Shown here piece after piece: positions 39,065 to 53,510 of a DNA stretch of 64,000 nt. The stretch is from contig CM119267.1 of the NCBI GenBank assembly GCA_051294375.1, positions 12,471,081 to 12,535,080 of the forward strand, read 5' to 3'. Below the pieces are notes generated by a model. The model did not search any database and was not told the origin of the DNA. It worked only from the letters and a program-made list of their open reading frames with translations. How positions within the stretch are numbered: position 1 is the stretch's first letter; every line of letters begins with the position of its first letter. This DNA is from Paraspadella gotoi. Its lineage: Eukaryota; Animalia; Chaetognatha. The position numbers and the translations under genes were made by a program.

Positions 39065-39676
39065 TAGGGTGAAGTGAAAGTTCGGAATCAAAATTTAGCA
39101 GTTATATCTTGAAAACTATCATATTAGTAAATACTAATCTGTAGTTATTTTTCTTTTTTTACAAATATAGTAGCCCTGTCAGCTTATTATGTATATACTA
39201 CCCTTATATAATGTCAAAATTTTAAAATGTTTTTTTTTAATTCTGAGAACAGATTCAGATTCCTCGTTAAAAGTTGATAAAAGAAAATATAAATCTTTTT
39301 TAAAAATTATGTCATTAAGTTGGTTAAAATTCTAAAAAAACTATATTTTTAAACTGGAAATTAAAAATCGGCGTCTTAAATATAGTTTTTTTATATTTTT
39401 AACCAACTTAAAAAAATAATTTTTAAAAAAAAATTATACTTTCTTATGTTAACTTTTTGCAAGAAATCCAAATCCGATCTTAAAATTTTAAAATTTGCAA
39501 TTTGAAATTTTAGCCTATTATATACTTAATACTATATATAAATATAGCTCACTGGTGCCTACCAATGTATAAAATTTAAAAATAAATTTACCAAAGTATT
39601 TTTATTGTTTTTTATTTTCATGTTTTATATGCTAAATTCTAATTTTCTAAAATTTTATCATTTTCACATCACTCTA
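39065..39676. mobile_element. Short-TIR MITE (hAT-like); inverted copy at about 42336-42960
   Basis: TAGGGTGAAGTGAAA ... TTTCACATCACTCTA; second copy in the opposite orientation. Confidence 0.6.
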
Positions 39677-39699
39677 ATGGACAGTCGACTGTATCTTAA

Positions 39700-40549
39700 G
39701 GGGACCAAGTGACCAGAGGGGGTAAAAAGCTGAAAGCATAACGTTTGGCCCTTTAACTTAAGCTGGTTCTGACCATATGATTCTTTCTTCTATAATCATT
39801 TGGGAATGTAGTTTAAAAATTCGATATAATCAGCCCGCCTAATTTTTTTTAAAAAATCAGTAAGAAAAAAATATTTTTCAAATTTTACATTTTTTTTAAA
39901 AAAAAGGTAAGATCTAATTTTAAAAAGATTTTCAGCTTTTATAACAAAAATTTATAATAAAAAAATTAGGACTGAATCAAAATTTGGGGTATCGACTTAT
40001 TTTATTTAAACTTTTTTTCTAATGATTCTGTTAATTGGATTAAAATATAATCCTTTGAAGTAATATAAATATTAAAAAAATGAAAGGTTTTGTACTTTTG
40101 CTAAATTCTTAATTGTTGTAATTAGGAATCAATATATTTTTATAATATATATAATATGTTTAAGGTATGAATATTAATTGATGGTTATTACAATTTTGTT
40201 TCTATAAGAATAGAATTTAGATTTGATTTTTCTGCTTATAAGTGAATATAAAAATAAAAAAAATATTAGTTTTGTAATACCTTTGCTTTGTACAGTAAAA
40301 AATAAAAATTTGAAATTTAGTAAAAAATATTTTCTAATGTAAAAATAAAATAATGGATCATATAAATATTTAGGTAGGATCAACTAAATTTTTTTTCATA
40401 ATTATGAAATTTTTGTTTCCGGTACAATAAGAGATAACAATTTTTTTTGCCACTTTCCCGTACAAAAAAAAATTAATGACTATCACCATTCAAATTCTTT
40501 TGATGATAGACCCTTAAGCTTATGATATCATTTTTATCACTGGGTCCCC
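39700..40549. mobile_element. Kolobok-like MITE
   Basis: TTAA|GGGGACCAAGTGA ... TCACTGGGTCCCC|TTAA. Confidence 0.7.
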
Positions 40550-40678
40550 TTAAACCGCTAAGATTTCCGCCTAATCGTTTTTTTTTGTTTTGTTCTTCTT
40601 TCCTTTTTTCATTGATTCTTTCCATCCATTTTTCCTTGGTTTTTTTATCTCTAACATTTCTTCTCTTTTACTCTCTTA

Positions 40679-40717
<39 letters not shown>

Positions 40718-41118
40718 TTCTGTTTTTCCTTTCTTGATTCGCTGACAGGAGCTACGACAACAACTAAAACATGGGCGAAAATCAAATCTAATCTGGGATT
40801 TGAAGTCAAAACTCTTTTTCCATTTCATTCCCAAGTTGGAGGGAGAAAAATAATTCCTCTCACTGTGTTTTGGCCGAGAGAAATACCTTTCTCCGATACT
40901 TCCATCCCCTTCTCCCCTTTCTTCTTTTTCTCCTCTCTTCCCCCACTGCTAGGATCTTGGGATTTTCATTTTTCAAGTTTGGGCGCTTTTCTGTTTTTCT
41001 GTTTTTCTTTTTTTTTTTCTTTTTTTTTTCTAGATAGATTATCAGAACTTGCCATTTTATTGCTAGTCTCTGCTAGGGCGACATTTTTTTGTTTTTTCTT
41101 TGATTTTCTTTCTTTTTT

Positions 41119-41158
<40 letters not shown>

Positions 41159-42566
41159 ACTTTCTTTCTTTCTTTCTTTTCCTTTTTTCTATGTTTCTTT
41201 CTTTCTTTCTTTCTTTTTTTCTTTATTTCTCTCTTTCACAAGATTCCCCGGGCAAAGGCGCAAAAAAAAAAATGTATAACCTTCCCAGCTCCCCGAACCG
41301 GAGACTTTCAGTTGGTTCCGCTTTATATTTTTCTTTGTTTTATTGAATTCCATTAGCATCTGTTTCTCGGATTTACAGGAAGCCGATAAACAGATTCACG
41401 TCCTGAATGGGTGGGCCACTGATCCTACTGCTTAGTGCATACACCCGAACTACTTAAATATACGTAACTTTTATCCTGACGATAACCACCAACATATTAA
41501 AATACAGTTATGAAGTGTAGTTAGTACACTAACTGCTTAAATTAATCATTGGTTATCTCACAACCCTTCATACTTTTTTTTCCTCACGTTGTAAAATCAC
41601 TGGTCTTCCTTACCTCAATGCCTCACCCTCTCAGAGACCGTCTGTTTAGAGAAGGGATTTTATCGATTTTTTTTTCTTTGCGTTACCGCGTGTCAGATGT
41701 AAATTGACATCGAATATATAATTCATCCTCGCTATATATTCCATTCCATCTTAAGTTGAACTTGGGGGTCGTCTACACTTTCTGTATATTATTCTTGATT
41801 TTTTCTTTATTATTTTCATTAAAACTTAATGGTTTTATTAATTTTATAATTATATTTCGTAGTTTGACACTCTTTATTCATTGTTTTATATTTTTTATAT
41901 TTTAAAAATATATAAAATTATAAAAAATTATATTAGATCTATGTTGTATAAATTATTAATGTTTAAAAAAAAAGAAAATGACGACGTGGAACCGAAATTT
42001 TGTTTTCTTGCCCCAACGAAGGACATTTTCCGATAACCGGAAATATATATCAAAGGCGAGGGTGGCGCGTCGCTATTCGGGAACCTCAACCCTTTCCTCA
42101 CTTGGTGTGTCAGAACCGGGCCCACGGCACGTTACTCTCCTTTCTCGAGCACCCCTGTCCCGCTCCCTGTCGCAGTCAGGGTTTCCCAACTTAATTTCCC
42201 CCTTCGACCAACAGATTTGAAAACTTTTCACTTCCTTCCGTCTTGCTCTTCTTCACCTCTATTTCTTTTTCACTCTCAATCTCAGTTAGTAGTTATGCAC
42301 TCCACTTCTCAACTCTGACCTCATGCACTCCACAGTAGAGTGATGTGAAAATAATAAAATTTTAGAAACTTAAACTTAGCATACAAAACATAAAAATAAA
42401 AACCAATAAAAATACTTTGCTAAATTTATTTTTTAGTTTTATACATTAGTGGGCACCAGTGATCTATATTAATATATAGTAATAATTTTTTTTTTCGTTG
42501 CGTTTAGGACATAAGAAAAAGTTTAAATTGTGATTCGGCAACGAATTTATTTAATAATAATAAACG

Positions 42567-42597
42567 GACATGTTTCGGTTCGGTTTACGAACCTTCT
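42567..42597 (-). ncRNA. 5'-truncated hammerhead motif
   Basis: Reverse complement AGA-A-GGTTCG-taaac-CGAACC-GAAA-CATGTC; stem II shows compensatory changes; flanked by an inverted tail. Confidence 0.55.
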
Positions 42598-43644
42598 TAT
42601 TATTAAATAAATTCGTTGCCGAAACACAATTTAAACTTTTTTCTAAGTAATAATTATATAATAAGCTAAAATTTCAAAATGCAAATTTTTAAATTTTACG
42701 ATCGGATTCCTTGTAAAAATTTGATATAAGAAAGTATAATTCTTTTTTAAAAATTGTTTCATTAAGTTGGTCAAAAATGTAAAAAACTATATTAAAGACG
42801 CTGGTTTTTAATTTCCAGTTTAAAAATATGTTTTTTTGTAATTTTAAGCTATTTAATGACATAATTTTTTAAAAAGGTTTATATTTTCCTTTATCACTTT
42901 TTACAAGGAATCTGAATCTGTTATCAAAATTTAAAAAAAAAGTTTTGACGTTATATAATGGTATATATGTGGATAAAGCGCTAAATGGGCGGAAGATGAC
43001 TATTCGTAACTTCTATAACCTCGTCTTACGGCTATGGAACGGGTCCTTGTCTTGTCTTTAATTCATTGTCTTTCACTTTAACAAAATCTTTATTTTTTTA
43101 TTTTTGGACTTGTTTGATACTTGATTCTGATAATGCATCCAAATGTAAATAAAAACGATAACTTTGCTTACAGAAAGGTTACCCGGAACCTTATAACTTT
43201 TATTAATACTTTACAATTTAAAATAATATTCTGTAACATCTACAGCTTCAATATATTTTTAATATTGCTTTTTTTTACATATGAATTAAGATTCATCCCT
43301 GAATCTATCCTGATGGAGATAATGCAATAACTATTTGACATGAGACTGAGAAAAGGCAGGGATTTTTAATAGTATTGGTTAAACTCAAAAAGTAATAAAA
43401 AATAACCGGAAATAAGTATAAATAAAAAGTATAAACATAAAAAAGATAATGAAGGAAGCATTTTTTTGAACAACACTTTTTTTTTACATGGAACTCCTGT
43501 ACTTTTTGTCATACATAAATGAGACACAGCTAATATGAATCACAAAAGGCCAAAGTTTTTTGATATCTAAATTTTATTTTTCGATTCTTACATTAAAATG
43601 CTAAAAAATAACTGGAAAGTACCGCAACACTTTTTTTTCTATCA

Positions 43645-43955
43645 TGGTACTTTTTTCAACTTGCATACTTTTTTCAACTTGCATACTTTTTTCAACTTGC
43701 ATAATTTTTTCAACTTGCATAATTTTTTAAACTTGCATAATTTTTTCAACTTGCATAATTTTTTTAACTTGCATAATTTTTTCAACTTGTATAATTTTTT
43801 CAACTTGCATAATTTTTTTAACTTGTATAATTTTTTCATATTGCATAATTTTTACAACTTGCATAATTTTTTCAACTTGCATAATTTTTTCAACATGCAT
43901 AATTTTTTCAACTTGCATAATTTTTTCAACTTGCATAATTTTTTCAACTTGCAGC
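43645..43955. repeat. 18-bp minisatellite (TTTTTCAACTTGCATAAT)n
   Basis: About 17 tandem copies; related arrays at 1700-1840, 55580-55770, 57935-58120. Confidence 0.95.
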
Positions 43956-46900
43956 ATTTGTTTAACTTTCAACTATCTAGTTATCAAGTTCCATTAGTGA
44001 AGCAGTGAGGAAGTTGAAATGTGTGTCCATTTTCTTTGTTTCATATCGATTCAAATATTTTTTGTTTGAATTTCTATTTAATCATGATTTACTGCAATAT
44101 GCAAATTAGATTATAATACTTTTTTATTAATTTTTTTGATAGTAAAGTCTGGCGAGATCATTATACTTTTAAGTTGCATGCGGCGAAAGGAGGCCATTCA
44201 CAATGCAAGCATCAAGAAAATAGTAAAACAGGTAATTTTGCATATTTTCATATTTTGCAAAAATATAAAAAAAATTATTTTTAAAAATATTTGCGATAAA
44301 AAAATTAAAAAAAACACTTGCTATTTTGTTGAAGAGCAGGTGCAAGTGAATATCTAGTGGGTGCAGATAAAATTTTTTGGATGTTCCTTTGTTTTACAAA
44401 AGGCTTCCTGTTTTGTAAATCCCTCTAATAAAATAGGGTGAAAATACAAAGAAGATTTAATAGGACTATTCTTTTGTTTCAGAAAACTAAATTTCATTGC
44501 TATTTTGTTTTAAAAACGCTCTTTTGTTTGTGGAGCCATCTGGTTTATTAAGACCAAAACAAGCAAAAATTTGCTATTTTGTGTAAAGCGATGCAAGTGA
44601 AGATCTAGTGGGTGCAGACAGAAGAGAAAATTTCTATAGAAAGTAAAGGGAAAATGCTCAGAATAGAAAAAGTAAGAGACAAATCCTCATAGTAGGTAGA
44701 AAAAGTTACAAAGAAGACAGAAAAAAAAATTGAAAAAAAAAAATGGGAAAATTGGGAGAAAAAAAATTTCAGTGGGTAAGTAAGGGAATAGAGAGCACGG
44801 ATATCATAATTCGATGTTCTGATATGATAATAATGATTTACAGACAAGATTTTTGGGTGGGACCGACTGACCGCCAAGGTGAATTATACTACTAAAAACT
44901 GCAAGATGCAAAAAAGACTTTGTTATGTTGTAAAGTTATTTTCTTTAATAACCTATAAAAAAAAGAGGTAGCAAGGTGGGTTTGGTATCAAATTAAAGCC
45001 CTAATCATGGGACACGTTTCTAAAATAGTTTTATTAAATTTTATCCATAAATATTTACACAGCTTTTGTTTAAATACGAGTTTAGGTATAACATGTTTTG
45101 CGTTAAAAATTTTAATGAAGGCGTACAAAATTTTTTGTTTTTTTTATATAATTTGAAAGAAGAAAGACTTAATTAAATTTTCTCTAATGCATAAATTTGC
45201 TTGTATTTTTTAGTTAAAGCAAAAATTGTTGTAGTAGCACGATAAAATTTATTTTTAAATATTTAAAATAATAAATTCAAAAATGTTTTCAGCTTGATGT
45301 AAACAGTCTGGACGTCTACCTTCTTGTCTGTAAAAAAATCATCATTTTTCATTATCTTTAACCGCAAACAAAAAGCTTGACACACTGCTTGTTTATCATA
45401 ATACAATTTTTAAAAATTACTTAGCTGCTAACATATTTCACAAAGCAAGACATCATTGTATTAATTGTATTGATAATTTTCTTTTAAATATAACAACCTT
45501 TATACAGGGAATTTATTTATTTACCTTAACCCGGGCCCGGCTTCCCGTACATCTCCGTGCCTCAACCCTAACCCTAAGCGCCTTCAACGAGTCAACAACG
45601 GGCTCCTACCCCAACCCTAAACCGGGCCTCTCATTCAACTCCATGCCTCTCTCCCAGCCCTAACCCGGGCCCGGGCCTGTAAGTAAAAAGAGTCAGACCA
45701 AGTAAATTCAATGACCGATTTTTCTTGCAAATGAACCTTTTTTTATTTTTCTCTGCGACTTAAGTGAAATATGTCTATACGTAGTAGTTTGGAAAAATTA
45801 CGTTTCTTGGCGACGAGATTTAATATCCTTATATCCTTATATCCTAATATCCTGATATCGAGAAAACTTAGTACAGTACAGGAAATCGGAGGGGCCCTTC
45901 CGAATCTATTGATCCACAACCGACAAGTAAACAGAAATTCCCTGGTTATTCCGGATCCAAACTCTTCAGGGGCAAAACAAATGATCGACGCGAAAATGTA
46001 GGGGGAGAAGCGACGATAGAGGCGCTGCGGTGACGAGAGTGACGCTAGACGGCAATAATGACGCGAGACGGTGAAGATGACGTAAACGACGACGATGATG
46101 ACGACGATGAAGGCTTTTAAGCTGTGATAAAATATGCAAAATGATCTCGATGACCACAAAATTAGTGATGTCATTACGACGTGATTCGAATCTAGAAAAT
46201 TACTTTGAGACTTAGTGAATTTAAACTATACAGTCCCTGATTTTCAGTATCGTAATCTTCGACATACATTCCATTATTAATCTCCGTCGCGTCGACTTAT
46301 TCGCCTACAACGACCACAACGACAACAACAACGACGAGGATTTCGTTTTCCCCATTTCTTCCTCTGATCTTCTTCTTCCATCTTTAACTACTTTCGATTC
46401 CCCGCTGAGAGGAAAGCAAATAAATGAAGCGCCAACGGAAAGCAAAGCATCGCTAAGAGAAAAAAAAGTCCATATGCTTTTTTTATAAGGGGAAGATTAA
46501 GATAGATAGATAGAAAGAAAGAAAGAAAGAGAAAGAAAGAAAGAAAGAAAGAAAATGAAAAGTAAGGGAAAAATAAAGAAATAAAGAGAGAGAGAGAAAG
46601 AAAATGAAAATGAAAAGTAAGGGAGAAATAAAGAGAGAGAGAAAGAAATAAAGAGATAGAGAAAGAAACAAAGAGAAAGAGAAAGAAAAAAAAAGCGAAA
46701 AGAAAAAAAGGAAATAAAGCGTGAAAATGGGGTGGAATCCGAAGCCGAGGCTTTCAGATGCTTTTAGGGGCGAATGCCAAAACGGGATCCGATGAACAGA
46801 AGGCCGAAAATCACTGGGTTGAAACCTCACAGAGCCTGAGTCAGTGAGTTAAACTCAAACTCACTCTCACTGGCAGAGTTGGAACCTTACTTCTCTTTTT

Positions 46901-47229
46901 TTCCCCACGCGTTGTAGAAATTGGCTCTCGTTTTAAATGGCCGGTTTGAAATTAATTTATGTAGTTTCTATTTATTTTATTCACTTTTCCTGTAGTTGGG
47001 TAAAATGGTTTGTATTTTCTCTCTTTCTATTCTGTCTCTCCCTGCCACCTTAAATCCCTTCTTTGAATATGAGAATTCCTGCTTAAAAATTAATTTTTTC
47101 TCATCCTTCAACTATTTCCTCCTTTTTTTATTAAATTTTCTCAAGGAAGTTCTTTTATATCGTCGTTGTCGTCGTCGTCGTGTCGTCGTTCTTCTCAATA
47201 AATATAAATGTTATAATTCTCATATAAAA

Positions 47230-47460
47230 TAAATGTATATCTGTGGATAAGGCGCTAAGAGGGCTGAAGATGACTATCCGCAACTTCTTCAACCCCTCAA
47301 GCAGCCATGGAAAGGGTCCTGGGCTTGGAACAAGGCTTAAGGGATCTTCACGCCCCAAAGAGGCTTACGGCCGTCCTCACGCAGGGTAGGTACAGGTTTG
47401 GGATTGAACCCGGTGGTCATGAGCTGATGGCTTTTCTCAATGAGCCACCGGGTCACGACT
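47230..47460 (-). mobile_element. tRNA-derived SINE (second family)
   Basis: Minus-strand TGGCTCATTG and GGTTCAATCC boxes; 3' part repeated at about 42965-43050. Confidence 0.55.
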
Positions 47461-48000
47461 GAAGGTGTAATGCTTATAGGCGGGGTGATCTTATGCTATG
47501 CCCGACTAGGCGATAACATATCCTTTTTTTCTCAGCTCCCAAACCGCTTCAAGTGAAGGAATGTATCATCTCTTGTTCGATCAAAACTAGATTGTCAATG
47601 ACAGGTCCAATCTCAAACCCGTTTTAACGCTTATGAAAATAATATGGTTGGGGAAAAAATGAGATTACGTAATCGCGATGACATTTTTCGGATAATCATT
47701 CCAAATTGTTTTTTTCACGACTCTTTCGCGCTGTCAGTTTCTCCACCGTCGTGAAATCCTTTACAGATACCGCTCTCTTTCTCTTTCTCAGTCATGGTTC
47801 TCTCTCACTTAATATTCACGCACTCTATCAGATTGCCCTTTTTTTCATTTCTCGAGAGTGGAGATTAAGAAGAACCGGTTCTAACCAGTTTCCCTGCGTA
47901 GCGCGCGGTCAATAAAGAAAGATGAGAGCGGATGCTCACACGATCCTTTCTTCTAAAGAGACTTTTCTTTGCTGTTAAACCAAGGGCTTGAGTTTTTATA

Positions 48001-48035
<35 letters not shown>

Positions 48036-48179
48036 AAAGTGTCTCGTTAGTCGCTGTTGGCGACGAAAAAAATGAAAGTAAAGACCAACCTCCGAAAATA
48101 TGCCGCGAGAAAAAGAGAAGGAGAAAAATGATGAAGACTTCATTGGGTTTAAGCATGATTTAGTTCCGAGAATAAATGG

Positions 48180-48230
<51 letters not shown>

Positions 48231-48984
48231 AGAAACACAGAGACAGAGAAAAATACTTCGGCTGAGAGCCCATTTCCCAATTTGCTGTTTATATCGTTAA
48301 CAATCAAAAGAAGCAAAACTTATAATTCTATTTAAATGGCAATAGATTTTTAAATATTTTATAGAAATTATCGTAAAAGAGCTCAAATGAAAGCTTAGCG
48401 TTAATTCTTTCATTAACCCAAATATTATTAACTTAAATTACAAAATAAGTTCACTGTGTGCCATAAGAGATAAGGTATCAGTATCCCTTTGCGCCCAAAT
48501 CAATCAAAAATAGATTTGACATTGATTTTGAGTCTCCAGTTATGCTATAAAGGTGACCATAAAGTTTGTTGCGCCTTGAAAAGACAAATGTGGTGCCCAT
48601 AATGAGAAGTCATATTATTTACTCATGTGCGAATTAAAGGCGATGATTTTGGACAACTTCAAAATTTTTAAAAAATGTTATGTCAGAAATGATAAATATG
48701 ATAAATATGATGCAATTACAATTCAAAAAAAGCTTAACTATACTGGAAAAACTGCTTGTATCAAAATTAACATTTTAGGAAATATTTTCTGTCACTGCTG
48801 CGGTTAACTTGTTAAATTATTGACAATGGGAACAATTAACTTATCATGTTGTCAACTATTACTATACCAAACATTATCTTTATGTCACAAAGATTGGGCT
48901 AATGACAAGAGATAATATAAAAATGGGTCATTATAATTTTATTATGATAAATAAAACAAGGGCTGAAGCCAATTGATGTGAAAG

Positions 48985-50150
48985 GTGTCATCTGTCAGAG
49001 ACTTGCTGTCTCGCTCATGTATGCTGCTGTGCAGGGTTGGTTGCCCGCTCCCGCGTAGGCCGCCCGCTCCTGATGTTTTCGGGCTCAGGATTTTATCTTT
49101 CGTTTTCACCAGTTGCTCACGCAGAGAACCGCAGGCCGTCACTGAGATGGATATCCCCTGCTTTGCTAGCACCCGCACCAATTACTCAGTGATCCCCTGG
49201 TGGTAGGGGAGGGACAAGTGACCCACATTCTTAGGTCGCTTCTGCTTATCTTCCGGGTGCACTGTGGTGGGCAAGGTCGGCTCATCAGCAGCAAGCTCCC
49301 TTTATTTCTCCTGTGGGGTGGAGGTGGAGTCTGCATTAGCGGTTATTTGGGCAGCCCCTAGGTGGCCACTGGCCACTGCCCTCATCCAGGCCCGGCCGGT
49401 ATCTAGCCTTCTCGAAGGCCCACAATGGGTAACCAATGATCCCCAAGGCTCTTTTGACGTGGTCCAGCTGGGCGGCCTGAAGCTGAAGGGTCGATGGAAT
49501 CAGTGCAGCTCTTCTGGTAAGGGCTCTGACCGTGGCAAGCTTGTAAGACAAGGGGCATGCGAGTCAAAGGGAATGTATTGGTTGAAGAAACATTAATTAT
49601 TGTTATGTGTTAGTGACAGAACCGTTCAATATAAGCAGTCCCTGAGCTTCGGATCAGGCTGTAACACCATGTTACAGGCACGTTAAGCGCCCCGTCCCTC
49701 TTAACTGCCAGACGACCACCGGGCTAGAACCCCGGACCTTTGGGTTAGGAGGCGAATGACTTGCCTCCGGCACCAATGGACGCTGATGAACGGTTGGTGG
49801 ATTATAGTCCACCATATGGTTTGATTTGCGATATACTGAAAAATCCAATAAACCACCCTCTTTGCGCTTAATCAGCACATCGAACATTGGAATTGACCCA
49901 TTCTGCTATTTCTCAGATGTCCACTTGATGCTCACATGGTTGCTGTTCAAGTGGTTCAAGAGGTCCTCAATGAGGTCCCTCCTCACGGCCAGGAGAGGTT
50001 CGTCTGCTTTCAGATACCAGAAAAGGACGGACTCTGTCCCATGCAACGATCGACAAGAGGCCAAGGCTTCCACCTCATAGTGCTCCATGTAAAAGTCTGC
50101 CAGAGGACTTGATGTTGACTTGCCCAATTGGCAATGCCCATTGCCCATCC
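48985..50150 (-). mobile_element. Degenerate Penelope-like retroelement RT/thumb/linker remnant
   Basis: SSPLADFYMEHYE, LLNHLNSNHVSIKWTSE, FDVLI..FSVYRKSNH, YIPFDSHAP..KLATVRAL.RRA, IGYP, LPYHQGITE; stops, frameshifts and a SINE insertion. Confidence 0.8.
49600..49805 (-). mobile_element. tRNA-derived SINE inserted in the Penelope remnant
   Basis: Minus-strand A-box-like TGGTGCCGGAGG and B box GGTTCTAGCCC; interrupts the RT between VYRKSNH and YIPFDSH; partial copies at about 9000-9078 and 4140-4213. Confidence 0.6.
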
Positions 50151-50342
50151 CTGTAATTATATTTCTTGTTTAACTTCCACAAAACAGGTGACACTATTTG
50201 CGTCAAAAGATTCGTGACCTCTCATTTTCTCTCATCTCTTTTTCTTTCCCTTTTTTATCTCTTTTTTCCCCCTTTCTCTTTCCGCATTTTCTATTTCTCT
50301 ATTTTTCTTTTCTCGTTTCATCCACCTTATTATTTATCTTCA

Positions 50343-50382
<40 letters not shown>

Positions 50383-50756
50383 CTCTCTCTCACTCTATTT
50401 TATATTTTTTTCTCGGGTGTAATATAAATAGTTTGGAGTTGGACGGATGAAAAATAGACTGAAGTCTAAAACTTGCAAAATAAAGTTACGTGATACCGTG
50501 AATCCACTTTTTAGTTATTTAAAATTTGTAATAATCTTTTAACAATTTTCACAATATTTTTCTTAACTACAGTAGTTGGCATTTTTACTTTTTTTCCTTA
50601 ATTTTTTTTCTCTTAAGGTCGCCCGGGATTTGTGTTCCCAGTATCGCCGAAGAAAACGATTTAATGCCTGAAAGGCGCGGAGCGCGGGATGCCCTGCGAC
50701 AAAAAAAAGGATGAATAGATCTTGATAAATGAATCGGGTGGGCGGAGAGAGAAAGA

Positions 50757-50792
<36 letters not shown>

Positions 50793-51809
50793 GTCAAGTG
50801 ACAATTTCGGTTTTGTTCGAATTGATTGATTATGGAGACTGATGAGTACTGAGTAGTGCTCAGAGAGTGTACTTTTGAAAGGTGTGAATTTGAAAGTGGG
50901 AGGTGGGAAGTGACAAGTGGGAAGTGGGAGGGCAGAAGAGAAGGTGAGAAGGTGGGAGATGGAAGATGGGATGTGAAGATGAGAATTAGTTTGGAGAGAC
51001 AGGAAAAGTCGAGTGAAGAGGAAAACATTTTTTCGCTGACCTTTGATCCAATTTTCATATTTCACGTTGAAAAAGCGCGGAAAGGAAAGAATAGAAGAAA
51101 AGAAAAGAAAAGAAAATAAAAGAAAAAAAAGCAACAAAAGAAAGTAAAGATAAGATAAGATAAGAAAAAACTATTAAAAAAATCCTAAAATTATAGTGAT
51201 CTCGCCAGACGTTACTATCAAAGAAAATTAATAAAAAAGTACTATATTCTAATTTGGATATTGAAGTAAATTATAATGAAGAAGAAATTCAAACAAAAAA
51301 TATTTGAATGAATATGAAACAAAGAAAATGGATACACATTTCAACTGGCTCACTGACTATAAAAAAATTGTTTATTGTTAAATTGTAATAGCTACTTAAG
51401 AGAAGTGGCAAGCGAGAATAAGAGAGTGATTCAACCTGGACTATGATGCGATGATAGTTACTCACTAGAGCGTTGAAAAATAACAAAATATAACAAATCA
51501 AGTGAGGTACATAGCTATTTTAGTGTAATGTAGTCTGTAGAATTCGATGGTAATGACCATTTTTTTGTATAATTTTATCTTTCTTGTCGGAAATGAGGGT
51601 TTTTAATATATAGCCGAAACATGTCCGTTATTAATAAAAATAAATCGTTGTTGAAAATTAATTTCAAACTCTTCTAATAAAATTGTTATAAAATAGCAAA
51701 ACCATTATAAGTTATGATAAATCAAATTATTAAAATTTTATAAAATTTATATGAGCTTTTGAAATATAAAAATAAAGACTTATAAAAATATTTTGGTAAG
51801 TTTATTTGA

Positions 51810-52413
51810 ATAATTAACTGATTAATTAATTATTAAATAATTGACTAATTGATTAATTAACTAATTATTATTTGATTAATTAATATATCTTGCATTTACA
51901 TTTAAAATAAAAAGAAAAAGAAGCATAATCAATTAGTGAAACAGGTTCTTTGTTTTATCCATTTAAACTCATTTCCATTCAAACGATTCCATAGAAACTT
52001 GATTTCCAGTTTAAACACACACTTTTCTACCCAAATACAAAATTTCAAGTCAAGTTCAAATAGTGAAATATATTTTTTTTGTTTTTTCCATTTAAACTCA
52101 TTTCCACTCGGACGATTCCATCAAAACTTCATAACCAGCTCAATCACACACTTCCCTACCCACACACAAAATTTCATTCCAATCTATCCATCCAATCACG
52201 AGTAATTGGTGTTTTTTGCTAAGGTGAGACGGACGGACGGACAGACGGACGGATGGACAGATGGACGGACATCGTTCTTTTTGCATAATTTATCATAATT
52301 CGATGTTCTGACATGATATAAGTGAATGCCCGACAAGATTGAGGGGGCGGACCGACGGACTGACAAAGTGAATTATAGAGTCGGGATCTGCTGAAAGCAG
52401 ATCCGACTGAAAA
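51810..52413 (-). mobile_element. DINE-1-like Helentron element
   Basis: (GGAC)n and terminal GTCGGGATCTGC-tgaaa-GCAGATCCGACTGAAAA hairpin. Confidence 0.7.
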
Positions 52414-52499
52414 AGCGTGACGCCAATGCAGACGATAGCGATAACGATAACGACGACTATGATTACGACGATGTCACAAAGAAGTTGAGCCAAAACAAT

Positions 52500-52750
52500 G
52501 ATAACAAAATATTGATGCAATGATAACCAAAGGATTGATGCAATGATAACCAAATAATTGATGCTATGATTACCAAATGATTGATGCGATGATAACCAAA
52601 TGATGGATGCGATGGTAGTCATTCATTGACGCGATGATAATCATTCATTGACGCGATGATAATCATTCATTGATGCGATGATAGTCATTCATTGATGTGA
52701 TGATAATCAGTCATTGATGCGATGATACTTATTTATTGACGCAATGAGTC
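52500..52750. repeat. 22-bp minisatellite; inverse array at 22485-22600
   Basis: (ATTGATGCGATGATAGTCATTC)n-like units. Confidence 0.85.
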
Positions 52751-53510
52751 ATTCATCTTAAATAAAACGAACAAATGCGTGTATGAGTGAGAGAGAGAGA
52801 AAGATAGAGAGAAGCTGGACAGCCGCTGGACAGCCGCTGCAGAGCAAACTCGTTTTTAGACGAATCAGAATCTGCGACGGAAAAAAACGAAAGAGCGACA
52901 TAAATGAAAAGAGAGAAAGCGAAAAAAGAGAGAGAAATAAATAGAAACTGGACAGCCGCTGTAGCAGATTAATTACTAGTTTACAACTTTAGTCTTGTAC
53001 AGCCGCTGCAGAGCTGAACTCGTCTATATATGTAAAGATTGTTTTGTAAATAAAACATAAACAAATGAGAAAAAAACGTTTTGATACCATTGTTGTTTTT
53101 CTATTTAATCCTTGAACGTTCTTGAACGTTATTTTTTATAGATTCTTATGAATTAGTTTATAACTTTAAAAAATATTGTGAGGCGACTTACCATTGCTGT
53201 TTTTCTATTTAACAATTGTGTTAATATCGTTTTTGTTATTAATAAAAAAATTAAAAAATAAGTATTAAAAAAAAAAAGGTATAGGAATATGAAACATAAT
53301 TAAAAAGACCTTAATGATGAGAAGCATATCTAAATTCAGCTTCCTATGGTTATACACTTGAGCTATTTTCATGTTTAAAACAGCGTTACTACGATAATGA
53401 CGAGACGACGATAAATCAAAGAAGCAGAAACGAATTACATCTCGCCAAGTCGGGCATTCGCCGTCTCGCGAAATAAAAATGTTAAATTCTGGCTCGCCTT
53501 ATTATTAATA

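Noticed and set aside
43598-44008. Repetitive ORFs (FFNLHN)n and a CRISPR-like appearance
   Set aside because: Pure 18-bp tandem repeat with no unique spacers, no cas genes and a eukaryotic context
49780-49800. CTGATGA as another hammerhead (also at about 9058 and 4196)
   Set aside because: No stem II-GAAA-stem III follows; it is part of a SINE head on the other strand
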